NCBI GenBank assembly: GCA_051530055.1
Contig: CM121341.1
Coordinates: 62,001 to 126,000, forward strand
Direction of reading: 5' to 3'
From: Neoechinorhynchus agilis
Lineage: Eukaryota; Animalia; Acanthocephala
DNA: 64,000 nucleotides
The position numbers and the translations under genes were made by a program. Below are positions 9,557-23,297 of this stretch, piece after piece (position 1 is the stretch's first letter; every line of letters starts with the position of its first letter). A model generated the notes under the pieces. That model had not been told where the DNA came from, searched no databases, and was given only the letters and a program-made list of their open reading frames with translations.

Positions 9557-12500
9557 TCCGGATTTGCGATAGCTGTAATGGTTCTTGAGTTATTTGTTAT
9601 TCAATTTTGGGACAAACTACCTTGATTATTGATATTAAAACGTAAATAAGTTTAAGATCAAATTCACTTTTCTAGATCTACTTTTGAAGCTGAATTCACC
9701 TGCAATAACGGTTTGATGGGGCTTTTTGAATTTTTACACTTAGTTTAAGGATTGAAGTTCATAAAAGACACCATAATGAAATCTGTGGTACTCGTAAGTT
9801 GTTACGAAATGATAAAACATTTTGGGCATATCTAATGCGGTGATTTCAATGGTGTTATCTAATTTTAATGAATCTTGCAAATTTAGTGATCTTTCACACT
9901 TGTTACAATTTACCAAATATGATAATGCGATTTCCGATTCGAATATTGCAGATGTAGTTTACAGGGCCAATTAGTTTAGTACATCTTAACGCGCTGATTC
10001 CAAATCTGTAACCGGATTTGCGATAGCTGCAATGGTTCTTGAGTTATTTGTTGTTCAATGTTGAGACAAACTACCTTGGTTATTTATATGAAAACTTCAA
10101 TAAATTTAACATCAAATTAACTCTTCCAGATCCACTTTTGACGCTGAATTCACCTGCAACAACGGCTTGATGTGGCTTTTTAAATTTTTAAATTTAGTTT
10201 AAGGATTGAAGTTCATAAAAGACACCTGAATGAAATCTGTGGTACTCGTAAGTTGTTACGAACTGATAAAACATTTTGGGCATATTTAATGCACTGATTT
10301 CAATGGTGTTATCTAATTTTAATTCATCTTTGCAAATTTAGTGATCTTTCACTGTTGTGACTATTTACCAAATATGATAATGCGATTTCCGATTCGAATA
10401 ATTAAGCTGTAGTTTCCAAGGTCAATTAATTTGCGATAGCTGCAATGGTTCTTGAGTTATTTGTTGTTCAATGTTGAGACAAACTACCTTGGTTATTTAT
10501 ATGAAAACTTCAATAAATTTAACATCAAATTAACTCTTCTAGATCCACTTTTGACGCTGAATTCACCTGCAACAACGGCTTGATGTGGCTTTTTAAATTT
10601 TTAAATTTAGTTTAAGGAATGAAGTTCATAAAAGACACCTGAATGAAATCTGTGGTACTCGTAAGTTGTTACGAACTGATAAAACATTTTGGGCATATCT
10701 AATGCGGTGATCTCAATGGTGTTATCTAATTTTAATTAATCTTGCAAATTTAGTGATCTTTCACTCTTGTGAATATTTACTATATATGCAAATGCGATTT
10801 CCGATCCGAGTATTAAAGCTGTAGTTTACTGAATCAGTTAATTTAGTACATCTCAACGCGCTGATTCCAAATCTGTATTCGGATTTGCGACAGCTATCAT
10901 GGTTCTTGAGTTATTCGTTGTTACATTTTGGGACCAACTACCTTGATTATTGATATTGAAACATCAATAAATTGAAGATATAATTAACTTTTCTAGATCT
11001 ACTTTTGATGCTGAATTCACCTGCAATCACTGTTTGATGTGGCTTTTTAAATTTATACACTTAGTTTAAGGATTGGAGTTCATTAAAAACACCTGAAATA
11101 AATCTGTAGTACTCGTAAGTTGTTAGGAAATCATAAAAATTTTTGAGCATATCTAATGCGCTGATTTCAATTGTGTTATCTAATTTTAATGAATCTTTAA
11201 AATTTAGTGATCTTTCACTCTTGTTAATATTTACCAAATACGATAATGCGATTTCCAATGCGAATTTTATAGCTGTTGTGTACTTAATATTTAATTTTAG
11301 TACATCTCAACGCGCTGATTCCAAATCTGTATTCGGATTTGCGATAGCTATCATGGTTCTTGAGTTATTTCTTGTTACATTTTGAGACCAACTACCTTGA
11401 TTATAGATATTAAAGCATCAATCAATTTAAGATCAAATTAACTTTTCAAGATCTACTTTTGACGCTGAATTAACCTGCAATAACGGTTTCATGTTGCTTG
11501 TTAAATTTTGACACCTAGTTTCAGAATTGAAGTTCATAAAAGACACCTGAATAAAATCTTTTGTGCTCGAAAGTTGTTACGAAATGAAAAAACATTTTGA
11601 GCACATCTGATGCGTGGATTTCAATGGTGTTATCTAATTTTAATTAATCTTGCAAATTTAGTGATCTTTCACTCTTGTGAATATTTACTATATATGCAAA
11701 TGCGATTTCCGATCCGAGTATTAAAGCTGTAGTTTACTGAATCAGTTAATTTAGTACATCTCAACGCGCTGATTCCAAATCTGTATTCGGATTTGCGACA
11801 GCTATCATGGTTCTTGAGTTATTCGTTGTTACATTTTGGGACCAACTACCTTGATTATTGATATTAAAACATCAATAAATTGAAGATATAATTAACTTCC
11901 CTAGATCTACTTTTGACGCTGAATTCACCTGCGATAACGGCTTGATGTGGCTTGTTAAATTTTGACACTTAGTTTTAGGATTGAAGTTCATAAAAGACAC
12001 CTGAATTAAATCTGTGGTACTCAAAAGTTGCTACGCAATGATAAAACATTTTGAGCATATCTAAATCGCTGATTTCAATAGTGTTATCTAATTTTAGTGA
12101 ATCTTGCAAATTTAGTGATCTTTCACTATTGTTAATATTGACCAAATATGATAATGCGATTTCCAATGCGAATATTAGAGCTGTAGTGTACGAAAAAAGT
12201 TTATTTAGTACATACTAACGCGCTGATTCCAAATCTTTATTCGGATTTGCGATAGCTGTCATGGTTTTTGAGTTATCCGTTGTTACATTTTGCGACAAAC
12301 TACCCTGATTATTGATATTAAAACATCAATCAATTTAAGATAAAATTAACTTTTCTAGATCTACTTTTGACGCCGAATTCACCTGCTATAACGGTTTGAT
12401 GTTGCTTGTTGAATTTTGACACTTAGTTTTAGGATTTAACTTCATAAAAGACACCTCAGTTAAATCTGTGGTGCTCGAAAGTTGTTACGAAATAGAAAAA

Positions 12501-12751
12501 CATTTTGAGCACATCTGATGCGCTGATTTCAATGGTTTTATCTAATTTTAATGAATCTTGCAAATTTGGTGATTTTTCTCTCTTGTGAATATTGGCAAAA
12601 TATGACAATGCGATTTCCGATGCGAATATTGCAGCTGTAGTGTACGGAATCAGCTAATTTAGTACATCTTAACGCGCCGATTCCAAATCTGAATTCGGAT
12701 TTGCGATTTCTATCATGGTTCTTGAGTTATGTGTTGTTACATTTTGAGACC
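9557..12751. repeat. 454-bp AT-rich satellite array 1 (about 7 units)
   Basis: gatttgcga recurs at 9561, 10015, ~10430 (deleted unit), 10882, 11336, 11790, 12244, 12698. Confidence 0.95.
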
Positions 12752-13145
12752 GTCGAGCACGCCCACTGCAAGAAGTGCGATGATTGAATTTTTGTATGCT
12801 ACCAGCTTTAAAAATCGCTTGTAAATTTTAATTCGAAGAAACTCAAAACTGTCCGTCAATTCCACAATGAACATTAAAAATAATTTAAAAACGAATTAAA
12901 CCGCTGTTAATTTATACAGACTTCGGCACGCAGACTACATCGCTAATTTTCACAAATAATTTTTCGATTAAAAAGTGATGATACAAATTTAAACGAACGT
13001 GCCAAATAATTATACTGACTGGATTTATTCGGTATTTTTGTACATTGTAAATCGCCGTCGGTTTTTAATCGCTGATTTCATGTTTTTGGATCGTTCTGTT
13101 TCATTCGCTAATAAATTGAGATATTTTGGCGCCGATTGTTAATTT

Positions 13146-14061
13146 TTACCCTTTCAACCAGGACCTGTGAAGGCATCTTCGGGTCTCAATAAACGTGATT
13201 TGTTTTTTGAAAACTATTGGAACGTATTTTCCCCTATCAATGGAGTTTTCCGACCGACGGAGGATGTGTCGCCAAATCTCAAGAGTACTTCTGTACTTTG
13301 GATGAACCTGTTTTGTGCAAAACGCGAGGTCCTCAATCATTCGACCCTCCCAGGTATTGAACTGTGTCTCCTTCGGTATGTGAACGTGGGGGCTGGACTT
13401 CTTCAGTCAATTATTGTCTCGCAAGTTTGTCAACGCACCTCCTCAGATAAGTTCCCATACCGATAGGTCTGAATGTACGTTCGACACTTTCTGGCGACAA
13501 AAGTAGGCTATTGTGTTTCAGTTCCTTTGGGACGACGTTAATAATCGACTGGAGCTCTTCTTAATCGTCCCCAGTCAACAATATACCATCAGCGTTTACA
13601 ATGGCAGGAATATACATGACGCCCTCAACGTAATCTACTCTACTTGCTCTGTCCTTCATCAGAACATCGTCAATGCAAAGGGCGAAGAGAAATGGCGCAA
13701 GTGGATCTCCTTGCTTCACGTCTCGGTTGAATTGTATGGGCTCTGAGGGAGGACCAGTGGAAATATGAATTATAGTGTAGCTGCTTGTAAATGCGTTTGA
13801 CATGTACTCATTTGTCGTTACATCATTAATTATTCCAGACAAAGCATCTTTTAGTGAGTAAGCATCAGAGACGCTTTGAGCTACTTGCGCATAGTAATCT
13901 TCCTTGTCTTGAACCTCCCCTCGTATTTTCGTAGCTACCTTTTTCCACATGGAAGGATTGCCCAGCATGTGGTAGGCACTAGCACAGAGAGCCTGTCTCG
14001 GATCTTTCCTAAGCTTGATGATTGTAAAACCAAGCTGTCGCGCCCGGGAAACTTCCGGCAC
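13146..14061 (-). mobile_element. R2-type debris: OTU-like N-half, RT motifs and HPRYR piece, out of native order
   Basis: SRARQLGFTIIKLRKDPRQALCASAYH joined to DVKQGDPLAPFLF..NADGILL, then HPKYR..SIDRGKYV. Confidence 0.75.
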
Positions 14062-16000
14062 TTCAACACTACGGCCACACCGAAAATACTGCGCATATCG
14101 CGTAGCAGCGTCAACATATAAACACGTCTTATTATAGACGAATCTGGGATATACCCTTGTACACGAATACGAGGGCTGAACGCGTTCCAGGAGGGACGAC
14201 TATGGAAAAATAGATACCGCGCCATGTACTTCTCAAACACTCGGAGATTGGCATCTGAAGTGTTCAACAACGACAGCCGATGTAAGTGTACTCTACAATA
14301 GAAGGTAATAGAGGATCATTATCGCGGTCTCCTTGAAATAACATCGGATATTGCTGAGGATGTGGAGCAAGTAGCTGATGTCCCAATCAACGCAATCACA
14401 GTGAAGATTTCCTCGAGCTTAGGGAGTATAAGATCCTCGGCAGCATGTGGCCCTGATAAAATCACAGTGCGGAAAATCAGGTCTTTCGATAGACAGCTCG
14501 TAGGCCTTTGCGTACTCAAATGTCTTCATGCTGCTTGGCCTAGTGCATTCATAGTTGCTGTGTTCTAAGACCGTCCTAGTCCCAAAAGCTGGCAAATCAG
14601 TGTCGTCGTTGAACTCAATTACAGATTGGCGACTAATCACAATTTCGTCATTTATATATCGGATCTATAGCCGAATTCTCTTGGATCGCATACGTGAGAC
14701 CTGCACACTCAACAGGGGTCAAACGACCTTAGACCATTCAAACAGCCTAGCAAATGTAATGACCTTTAGATCCCTCATAAGATCAAAGAGGAGTAATAGG
14801 AAGCCGTTATCAGTTGCAGTTCTAGACATAAAAGCAGCTTTTGATATGGTCTATCATCGTGCAATCAAGGAAGCCTTGATTTCAAAATCGTTCCCTGATT
14901 ACATTCGACGAGTAATTAGCTACGCCCTCGATAAAAGCTGCACATTTATACACTGTGCAAGCGGTTCGCCAATTGGTCCAATACAGTTCAAAAGGGGAGT
15001 CAAACAGGGGGACCCGCTGCCCCCTTTCTTATTCGCGGCTACCCTTGAAAGTATGAGCTGCTCACTGGACGCGTCAAACTTGGGGTGTACGCTAGAAAAG
15101 GGTGAAAGACTGTCCCATTTGCTGTATGCAGATGATATTCTCCTTTTAGCTGATAATGAGCAGGATCTTGAGGCTGAGATTGATATTGCCATGAATGAGC
15201 TGCATAAGATAGGTTTTCAATTGAGTGGTAGGAAATGCTCGGTCTATAGTCATGAATTCGTTGTGGGTAGATTGAGTGTCAAGACGGCTACTAACTTAAA
15301 AATTGCAGACGAACCCGTGCGTTGTGTCCTTGACGGTGACCAGATAGAATACCTAGGGGGCGAACCCTGGTTTGAACACACAGTCGATCAATTCATCAGT
15401 GAAATTGATCGAGTATTCGAACAGGTAAGTAAAACAGGTTTATCAAACACATAATCAGCACATCTCATAAATGATTTTGCTCTACCATCAATATTAACAA
15501 AGCTACAAATCGCGATGGATATGTCCTTAACGGGCATCGATAAGATTAATGGATATTGACGAACAAGAATTAAGGAGCTCTTACGACTTCCACACTACCT
15601 GAATGATGGAGTCGTATTCCTCCCACTTTCGAGGGGAGGTCTAGGTTTTAGATCCATTAAATATGATGTCGTTAATGCCCGCTGTCTTGCATATAATGAG
15701 GTACCCAAGAGGTCGAAGATTCTCGCCAACTTAGTTAGGACGACCGGTACATTCAAGGGCATACATGATGGCATTCCACTTGATGCAGATCTGCAATTGG
15801 TGTACAATAAACGGGATTTCCTCGAGATACTTGAACAACAGTGGAGAAATGCACAAACTCAAGCCCAAGGGATGAGTGAATTTACAAGAGGTATGTTCGT
15901 GCGATCCATGCTTTCCTTCAGGTACCGACAGGATTCTGACCGGCAGTACCGGGAAGCGGTGAAGCTACGATTCCAGCTTTTGGAGGTGGGATCTGTTCAA
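14062..16000 (+). mobile_element. R2: R2-type copy D, truncated at both ends (OTU-like C-half, RT, thumb)
   Basis: IDESGIYPCTRIRGLN, RAMYFSNT, full RT, LSFRYRQD. Ends at the satellite before the knuckle. Confidence 0.85.
14555..15454 (+). pseudogene. Element D reverse transcriptase core
   Basis: WRLITISS, LDIKAAFDMV, GVKQGDPLPPFLF, LLYADDILLL, YLGG. Confidence 0.9.
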
Positions 16001-16242
16001 CACTTAGTTTAAGGATTGAAGTTCATAAAAGACACCCGAATTAAATCTGTAGTACTCGTAAGTTATTTGGAAATGATAAAACATATTGAGCATATCAAAT
16101 GCGCTGATTTCAATTGTGTCATCTAATTTTAATGAATCTTGCAAATTTAGTGATCTTTGACTCTTGTGACTTTTGACCAAATATGATAATGCGATTCCCG
16201 CTTCGAATATTGCAGTTGTAGTTTCCAAATATGATAATGCGA
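16001..16242. repeat. Partial 454-bp satellite unit (same orientation as array 1)
   Basis: cacttagtttaaggattgaagttcataaaagacacc matches the array 1 units. Confidence 0.9.
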
Positions 16243-16299
16243 TTCACAGAGACTGACTATAGTCAAGATCAACAGGGTCTTCTTTCCCCGCTGTTACTC

Positions 16300-16333
<34 letters not shown>

Positions 16334-16409
16334 GCTGCAGACAGGGACAGTAGGAATCTCAATAATCCATTCATGCACGTCACTAATTAGATGACGAGGC
16401 AATTGGCTA
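16243..16409 (-). rRNA. 28S: 28S fragment, 167 nt downstream of the R2 nick
   Basis: Revcomp reads TAGCCAATTGCCTCGTCATCTAATTAGTGACG..GAAAGAAGACCCTGTTG. Confidence 0.9.
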
Positions 16410-16515
16410 GACACAGATTTATTGGTAAAATAAATCACTCGGCATTCAAAATTGTATCAATTTTATACTTTATATTCCTTCTTTTTGTTCAATATTAGTT
16501 TGTATATTCCGTTAC
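16410..16515 (-). mobile_element. R2 3' UTR stub (about 100 nt)
   Basis: Ends AATAAATCTGTGTC|TAGCC like the other copies. No coding sequence is left. Confidence 0.65.
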
Positions 16516-16519
16516 TTGG

Positions 16520-19386
16520 TTTGCAAGATTACTTAAAATAAGATAACACCATTGAAATCAGCGCATCAGATATGCTCAAAATGTTTTTCTATTTCGTAAC
16601 AACTTTCGAGCACCACAGATTTAATTCAGGTCTTTTATCAACTTCAATCCTTAAACTAAGTGTCAAAATTTAACAAGTAACATCAAACCGTAATTGCAGG
16701 AGAATTCAGCGTCAAAAGTAGATATAGAAAAGTTAATTTGATCTTAAATTGATTGATGTTTTTATATCAATAATCAAGGTAGTTTGTCTCAAACTCCAAC
16801 AACGAATAACTCAAGAACCATGACAGCTATCGAAAATCCGAAAACAGATTTGGAATAAGCGCGTTAAGATGTACTAAATTAGCTGATTCCTTACACGACA
16901 GCTGTAATATTCGCATCGGAAATCGCATTGTTATATTTTGCACAAAATTCACAAGAGTGAAAGATCACTAAATTTGAAAGAATCATTAAAATCAGATAAC
17001 TCCATTGACATCAGCGCATCAGACATGCTCAACAGGTTTTTTCATTTCGTAGCGACTTTCGTGCACCACACATTTAATTTAGGTGTCTTTTATGAACTTC
17101 AATCCTAAAACTTAGTGTTAAAATTTAACAAGTAACATCAAACCGTTATTGCAGGTGAATTCAGCGTCAAAAGTAGATATAGAAAAGTTTATTTGATCTT
17201 AAATTGATTGATGTTTTAATATCAATAATCAAGGTAGTTTGTCTCAAAATGTAACAACAAATAACTCAAGAACCATGATAGCTATCGCTAGTCCAAAAAC
17301 AGATTTGGAATCAGCGCGTTAACGTGTACGAAACTAGCTCATTCCGTACACTACAGCTGTAATATTCGCATCGGAAATCGCATTGTCATATTTTGCCAAT
17401 ATTCACAAGAGTGAAAGAAAACTAAATTTGCAAGAATCATTAAAATCAGATAACAGCATTGAAATCAGCCCTTCAGATATGCTCAAAATGTTTTTCTACT
17501 TCGAAACAACTTTCGAGCACCATAGATTTAACTGAGGTGTCTTTTATGAACTTCAATCCTAAAACTAAGTGTAGAAATTTAACAAGCAACACCAAACCGT
17601 TATTGCAGGTGAATTCTGCGTCAAAAGTATATCTAGAAAAGTAAATTTGATCTTAAATTGATTGATGTTTTAATATGAATAATCAAGGTAGTTGGTCTCA
17701 AAATTTAACAACAAATAACTCAAGAACCATGATAGCTGTCGCAAATCCGAAAACAGATTTGGAATCAGCGCGTTAAGATGTACAAAATAGGCTAATTTCT
17801 TACACTACAGCTGTAATATTCGCATCGGAAATTGCTTTGTCATATTTTGCTAATATTCACAAGAGTGAAAGATCACTAAATTTGCAAGAATCATTTAAAT
17901 CAGATAACACCGTTGAAATCAGCGCATTAGATATGTTCAAAATGTTTTTGTATTTCGTAACAACTTACGAGTACCACAGATTTAATACAGGCGTCTTTTA
18001 TGAACTTCAATCCTTAAACTAAGTTGAAAAGTTTAAAAAGCCACATTAAGCTGTTATTGCAGGTGAATTCAGCGTCAAATGTAAATGTAGAAAAGTTAAT
18101 TTGATCTTAAATTGATCGGCGTTTTAATATCAATAATCAAGGTAGTTTGTCTCAAAATTGAACGACGAATAACTCAAGAACAATTAAAGCTATCGCAAAT
18201 CTGGATACAGATTTGGAATCAGCGCGTTAAGATGTACTAAACTTACTGACTCTCTAAACTACAGCTTAAATATTTTAATCGGAAATTGCATTATCATATT
18301 TGGTAAATGGTCACGAGTGAAAGATCACAAAATTTGCAAGGTTAATTAAAATTGGTCAACACCATTGAAATCAGCGATTAAGATATGCTCAAAATGTTCT
18401 ATCATTTCGTAACAACTTACGAGTACCACAGATTTTATTCAGGTGTCTTTTATGAACTTATATCCTTAAACTAAGTGTAAAAGTTTAAAAAGCAACATAA
18501 AATTGTTATTGCAGGTGAACTCAGCGTCAAAAGTAGATATAGAAAAGTTAATTTGATCTTAAATTCGTTGACGTTTTTATATCAATAATCAAGGTAGTTT
18601 GTCTAAAAATTTAACAACGAATAACTCAAGAACCATTAAAGCTATTGCAAATTTGGATACAGATTTGGAATCAGCGCGTTAAGATGTACTAAATTATTTC
18701 ACTTTGTAAACTACAGCTTCAATATTCGAATCGGAAATCGCAGTATCATATTTTGTCAATAGTCAAAGGAGGGAAAGATCACTAAATTTGCAAGCTTCAT
18801 TTAAATTAGATAACACCATTGAAATCAGCGCATTAGATATGCTCCAAATGTTATATCATTTCGTAAAAATTTACGAGTACCAAAGATTTAATTCAGATGT
18901 CTTTTATGAACTTCAATCCTTAAACTGAGTGTAAAAGTTTAAAAAGCCACATCAAACTGCTATTGCATGTGAATTCAGCGTCAAAAGTAGATCTAGAAAA
19001 GCTAATTTTATCTTAAATTTATTGACGTTTTAATATCAATAATCAAGGTAGTTTGTCTCAAAATTTAACAACGAATAACTTACGAACCATTAAAGCTATC
19101 GCAAACCTGGATACAGGTTTGGAATCAGCGCGTCAAGATGTACTAAATTAACTGATTCCGTACACTACAGCTGTAATATTCGCATCGGATATCGCATTAT
19201 AATATATGGTCAATATTCACAAGACTGAAAGATATTTAAATTTGATAGATTCATTCAAATTAGATAACGCCATTGAAATCCGCGCATTAGATATCCTAAA
19301 AATGTTTTATTTTTTCGTAACAACTTTCGAGCACAACAGATTTTATTCAGGGGTCTTTTATGAACTTCAATCCTAAAACTAAGTGT
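16520..19386. repeat. 454-bp satellite array 2 (about 6 units, opposite orientation to array 1)
   Basis: Reverse complement of the array 1 unit, repeated with about 454-bp period. Confidence 0.95.
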
Positions 19387-20480
19387 AGCAACAAAGACAT
19401 GAAAGTGCTTTTTTAGAAACCGCGAACTTTTCCCCTAGGTTGTGAAACGTTTTATCCAAGATAAATTTCACCAACTGGAAGCCGAAACTTTCAAACTGTC
19501 AAAAATCCATCAGGTTAGATAATATTCTTGGAACAGTATTTGAATTTCACTCACTAAGTTGTGCTAAATGCAATAGGCCATCTAGAGTTTTTCGCAGGCT
19601 AATAGCAATCCGTTCTGATCGGATTCTTAATGACATCCTAAAAGTATGGCCGATGAATCAAAAATTATCCTCTTCTAATAGCATCACTGGCACCAAATTT
19701 TTTAATCTTCTGTCGCAGGATTCTATTTACTTTTTGCAAAACTGGTGCCTTTCTATTACGACCATGCCACCTCAAAAACGTTATAATATCCTCTGAATGG
19801 CGTACCGCAGTGTTCGCCGCTTTTGCCTATTTTATATCTACTGCCTCCCCAATACCTAACACAAAATTTTAAAATTAATGCATCACTGACATGTTAACAA
19901 ACAAACGGAAGATGAAGCCGACGAGGTTGGAAACGTCGTTAATAAGTAATCATTTACCGGGTGTGAACCTAAACAATAATTCCACATAACTTTTGTAATT
20001 AAAACCCACAGGGTGGCTAAGATGAAACTCCTAATCAAACAATGTGTTGAATATCTGATTTTATCTTTACCTAAAATCAGCTTATCCCTAAGCCTATTCA
20101 AAACACAGTGTATTTTATTGCACTTTCCAATCGGCTCCATAAAGATCTTCTTAAGCTTTTCTTTGATGATTTTATGTCCGCACAGCAATAAAACACTGCA
20201 GTCGATTTCTGTTTTCCTGTATGTTATTTGATCATAATCAGAGGATATATCATGTGTCATGAGCACATATTCGAATTTTTGAGCTAATGACGTCATATTT
20301 ACGATTTAAAGAGCTAAAAAACTAAAGCACAAATTAAACACTGCAGTGGATTAAGTGGATTATTTTCCTGTATGTTATTTGCTCGAAATCGGAAACCGTG
20401 TTCTTATTTTTAAACTGATGACGGATAAACGGCGGACGTTGCTCATTTTTCAAGTCATTGGATCATTGAACGTTTTAAAA

Positions 20481-20880
20481 GCTTCTCTGCCCGCTAAGAG
20501 AGCTTTACTTGAAGTTATCAACAAGCCTTCCTCGCGTCATAGCTTATATACTATGCCTAACCCTTAAATTGGTTTCCTGGAGAGGGGGTACTCTATGTAT
20601 GCCCAGCAGGTTTTTGACATTGTGTTGCAATGTAATTTTGCTAGCGTCACAAGGCTCTTTTTATGATACAATTCAATCGAAACAAAACACGTTCAATCAG
20701 CTAATGTTCAGAACTTTTTAACTTTCAATGATGTAGTTAATTTCACGAAACGTCGACAACAAATCTAGTCATCAATTCTTAGCGGGTTCCGAGAGCTTCA
20801 ACTGACGTCATTTATAAGCACTCATTCACGTCGTAGCTCATATGCTATGCCTAGCCCTTACTGGGATCTCTTCTCCGAGA
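20481..20880 (-). other. Diverged IGS relic (subrepeat plus spacer-promoter-like units)
   Basis: gcttctctgcccgctaagagagcttt vs IGS gcttctctgccatgctcagagagcttt; gagggggtactctatgtatgcccagcaggtttttgac vs gagggagtccctcatgtatacccaggttttgaac. Confidence 0.6.
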
Positions 20881-21399
20881 TTAAGTGAACCTTTTTAAGA
20901 TAAGGTGGCCGCTTGTCATTCTCCACGGCAAAGATAGGTTGCAAATTTTTGGATGCTGCATCCTTTTTCAAAACGTAGTGGTTTTTAACGTATCTAATTA
21001 CGGCACTAATCGATTCATCTGATTGAATTTTTTATTCTACCAGCTTTAAAAATCGATTGTAAATTTTCATTTGAGAAACTTAAAACTTTCCGTCAATTCA
21101 ATAATGAACATTAAAAAGCACTTAAGAAGACGATTAAAATCGCAGTTGATTTAAAAAGACTTTCGAAAAGCACATTACATGGTTACTCCTCATAAATTAT
21201 TTTTCGATTAAAAAACAGTGATAAAAATTTAAACGCGCGCCAAATGATTACGCAAACAATAATTCTTTCGTTTTCTGCACATTATAAATTGCTGCCTGTT
21301 TCCTATAGCTGCATCCATGTTCCTGTATCGTTCTTTTTTGTTCGCCTATGAAATGAGCGATTTTGCAGCTATGGGCTTATGAAGGCATCTTTGAGCGAC

Positions 21400-22927
21400 T
21401 GTGAACGTAAGTAATTTGTTGGAAACGTATTTTCCCTATCAATGGAGCCTTCTGATCGATGGAGGATATCGCTCTCCGTCTCCAGAAAGCATCTGTACCT
21501 TGAACGGAAGTTATTTTTGCTTTATTCATCTACCACACTAAAGCATTGCTTGGAGAGATCAGACTCAGCTCACACTCATCGAAAGCTCCTTCGCCTAAGT
21601 TCCTTGTAAGTTTAAGAATCTTCTTTAGTCTGCACCTCCATTGCTCGTCTTTACGTCTGAGATTAGCTGGGCGATGTCGCATGAGGCTTCGAGCTTAACC
21701 ATTAAGGATGGAATTGCATAGTCGTTTAGAAGGTTAACGTCTTTTAATAGGGTCATGTGACTGCTTTGATTTGAGGCCTCGAGAACTTTCGCAGGGATAA
21801 GTACCTGACTCATTAATCCAAACGACGAATTCGTGGCTGTGCGAGATCGAATTCGAAGAGGAACATCGTCGCTTGGAGTTTGCTCGACAAAATTGCATTG
21901 ATAGGCAGTCGCTGCGGCCCTCAAGATGAAGTGAACTGATAGTTCGTTGTAATTTTTAGTAGCATCCAGTGTGTCATTTAATGTGAGATTTGTATCAAGA
22001 ATCATTTTTACTATATGAAGTGAAACAGGGTCCGGGTTTTCTTTGTAGGTTTCTCGAGGACGACAAAGGCGGCGGTCACCAGTACCATTGTTGAATTTTT
22101 CTTTAGCTTTATAATTTTGAGGAGGAGACTTGAAGCCTTGACAAAAATCTGTGGCTGTACGAAACGCATTTTGCTGGATTGAAGGACAATCCGATGCTTC
22201 GCAATTCTGTAACCGCAACATCGAGCTTATTCTGAAGTCCGGCCTTGTCCTTACTGACTAACAAAATATCATCTTCGCCATAACTGCTGCCCGTTCCAAT
22301 GAGGTCTCATAGTAGACCGCCACATCTACTATATAAACCCGATCATTTATGTTTGTCCTCACAATGAGGTCGGACTTGTGTAAGTTGCCGCCGTCGTCCA
22401 TAATGTGATTTTTTCTATCGACGGTGTAACTGATGCCTCGGATTGAATCTCTTTTGGCGGATTTTGCTTCAACTGCATTTAGTGCGCCTATAAAGACTTT
22501 CACGACGTCGTCGTGTCTTTTAATCATTGCTTCCGTCGAGAAGTCACACTGATTAATTACGTGCAAGCACGTTTCTGTTTGATGGGCGCAATGGCGACAG
22601 GCTTTTGTCCTATTGTTTGAGATCCTTGCCATAATGGCACCAACCTCTAGAGGTTCAGCTCGCATTTTTATCAATTCCGTGTATTGTCTGTGATGGCCCT
22701 GTATGTATCTGAATGATAACATTTTTGGGTCTGCGAATCCGTTGGTAAAGGCCTGATATCCGTTTGCCTGTGTTTTTGCCTCCGCCCATTTTTTTTCGTA
22801 CTCTGCGTTAACGCCGCTTTTGCCTAGATTTCTCATAAACGATGCAAGCCACTTTCTCCTTCGAGAATGCCAATAAAACTGAAGCTATTGAAATCGTTAA
22901 AATTGACTGAAATTACATTACTATTTA
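21400..22927 (-). mobile_element. Scrambled mosaic of R2-type fragments
   Basis: Read on the minus strand: knuckle+RLE (CRHCAHQTETCLH..DVAVYYE), RT (DDILLV..NPAKC), OTU-like, thumb (LLNDYAIPS), HPRYR piece. Confidence 0.85.
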
Positions 22928-23009
22928 TAAAGAAACAATGATGGTAGTGGTATTTCACCGGCGCGGCCTCCCACCTATTCCACGCCCATCGTGTTTCTTC
23001 ACAGAGACT

Positions 23010-23047
<38 letters not shown>

Positions 23048-23054
23048 GTTACTC

Positions 23055-23087
<33 letters not shown>

Positions 23088-23132
23088 TGCTGCAGACAGG
23101 GACAGTAGGAATCTCAATAATCCATTCATGCA

Positions 23133-23164
<32 letters not shown>
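22928..23164 (-). rRNA. 28S: 28S fragment, 237 nt downstream of the R2 nick
   Basis: TAGCCAAATGCCTCGTCATC..ACTACCATCATTGTTTCTTTA in reverse complement. Confidence 0.95.
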
Positions 23165-23297
23165 GAGACTCAGTTTATTGCGGATCATATATTACAATTG
23201 GTTTAAGTGTTTGATTTCTATTGATAAAATTATAAAAGAATTTATGTTTGAGTATTGGTTGTTAAAATATTAGTTTGTATTGATTGTATTGATTTTT

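Noticed and set aside
11061-12166. Satellite ORFs with a faint leucine-rich-repeat flavour (SLNLQDSLKLDNTIEISALDML..SGVFYELQSLN)
   Set aside because: The unit is 454 bp (not a multiple of 3), stops occur in every frame in every unit, and no LRR register is maintained.
19883-20296. 137-aa ORF, duplicated at 39618-40001
   Set aside because: No recognisable motif, starts inside the 135-bp repeat, and is conserved only through recent duplication. The 19.4-20.2 kb region remains unexplained.
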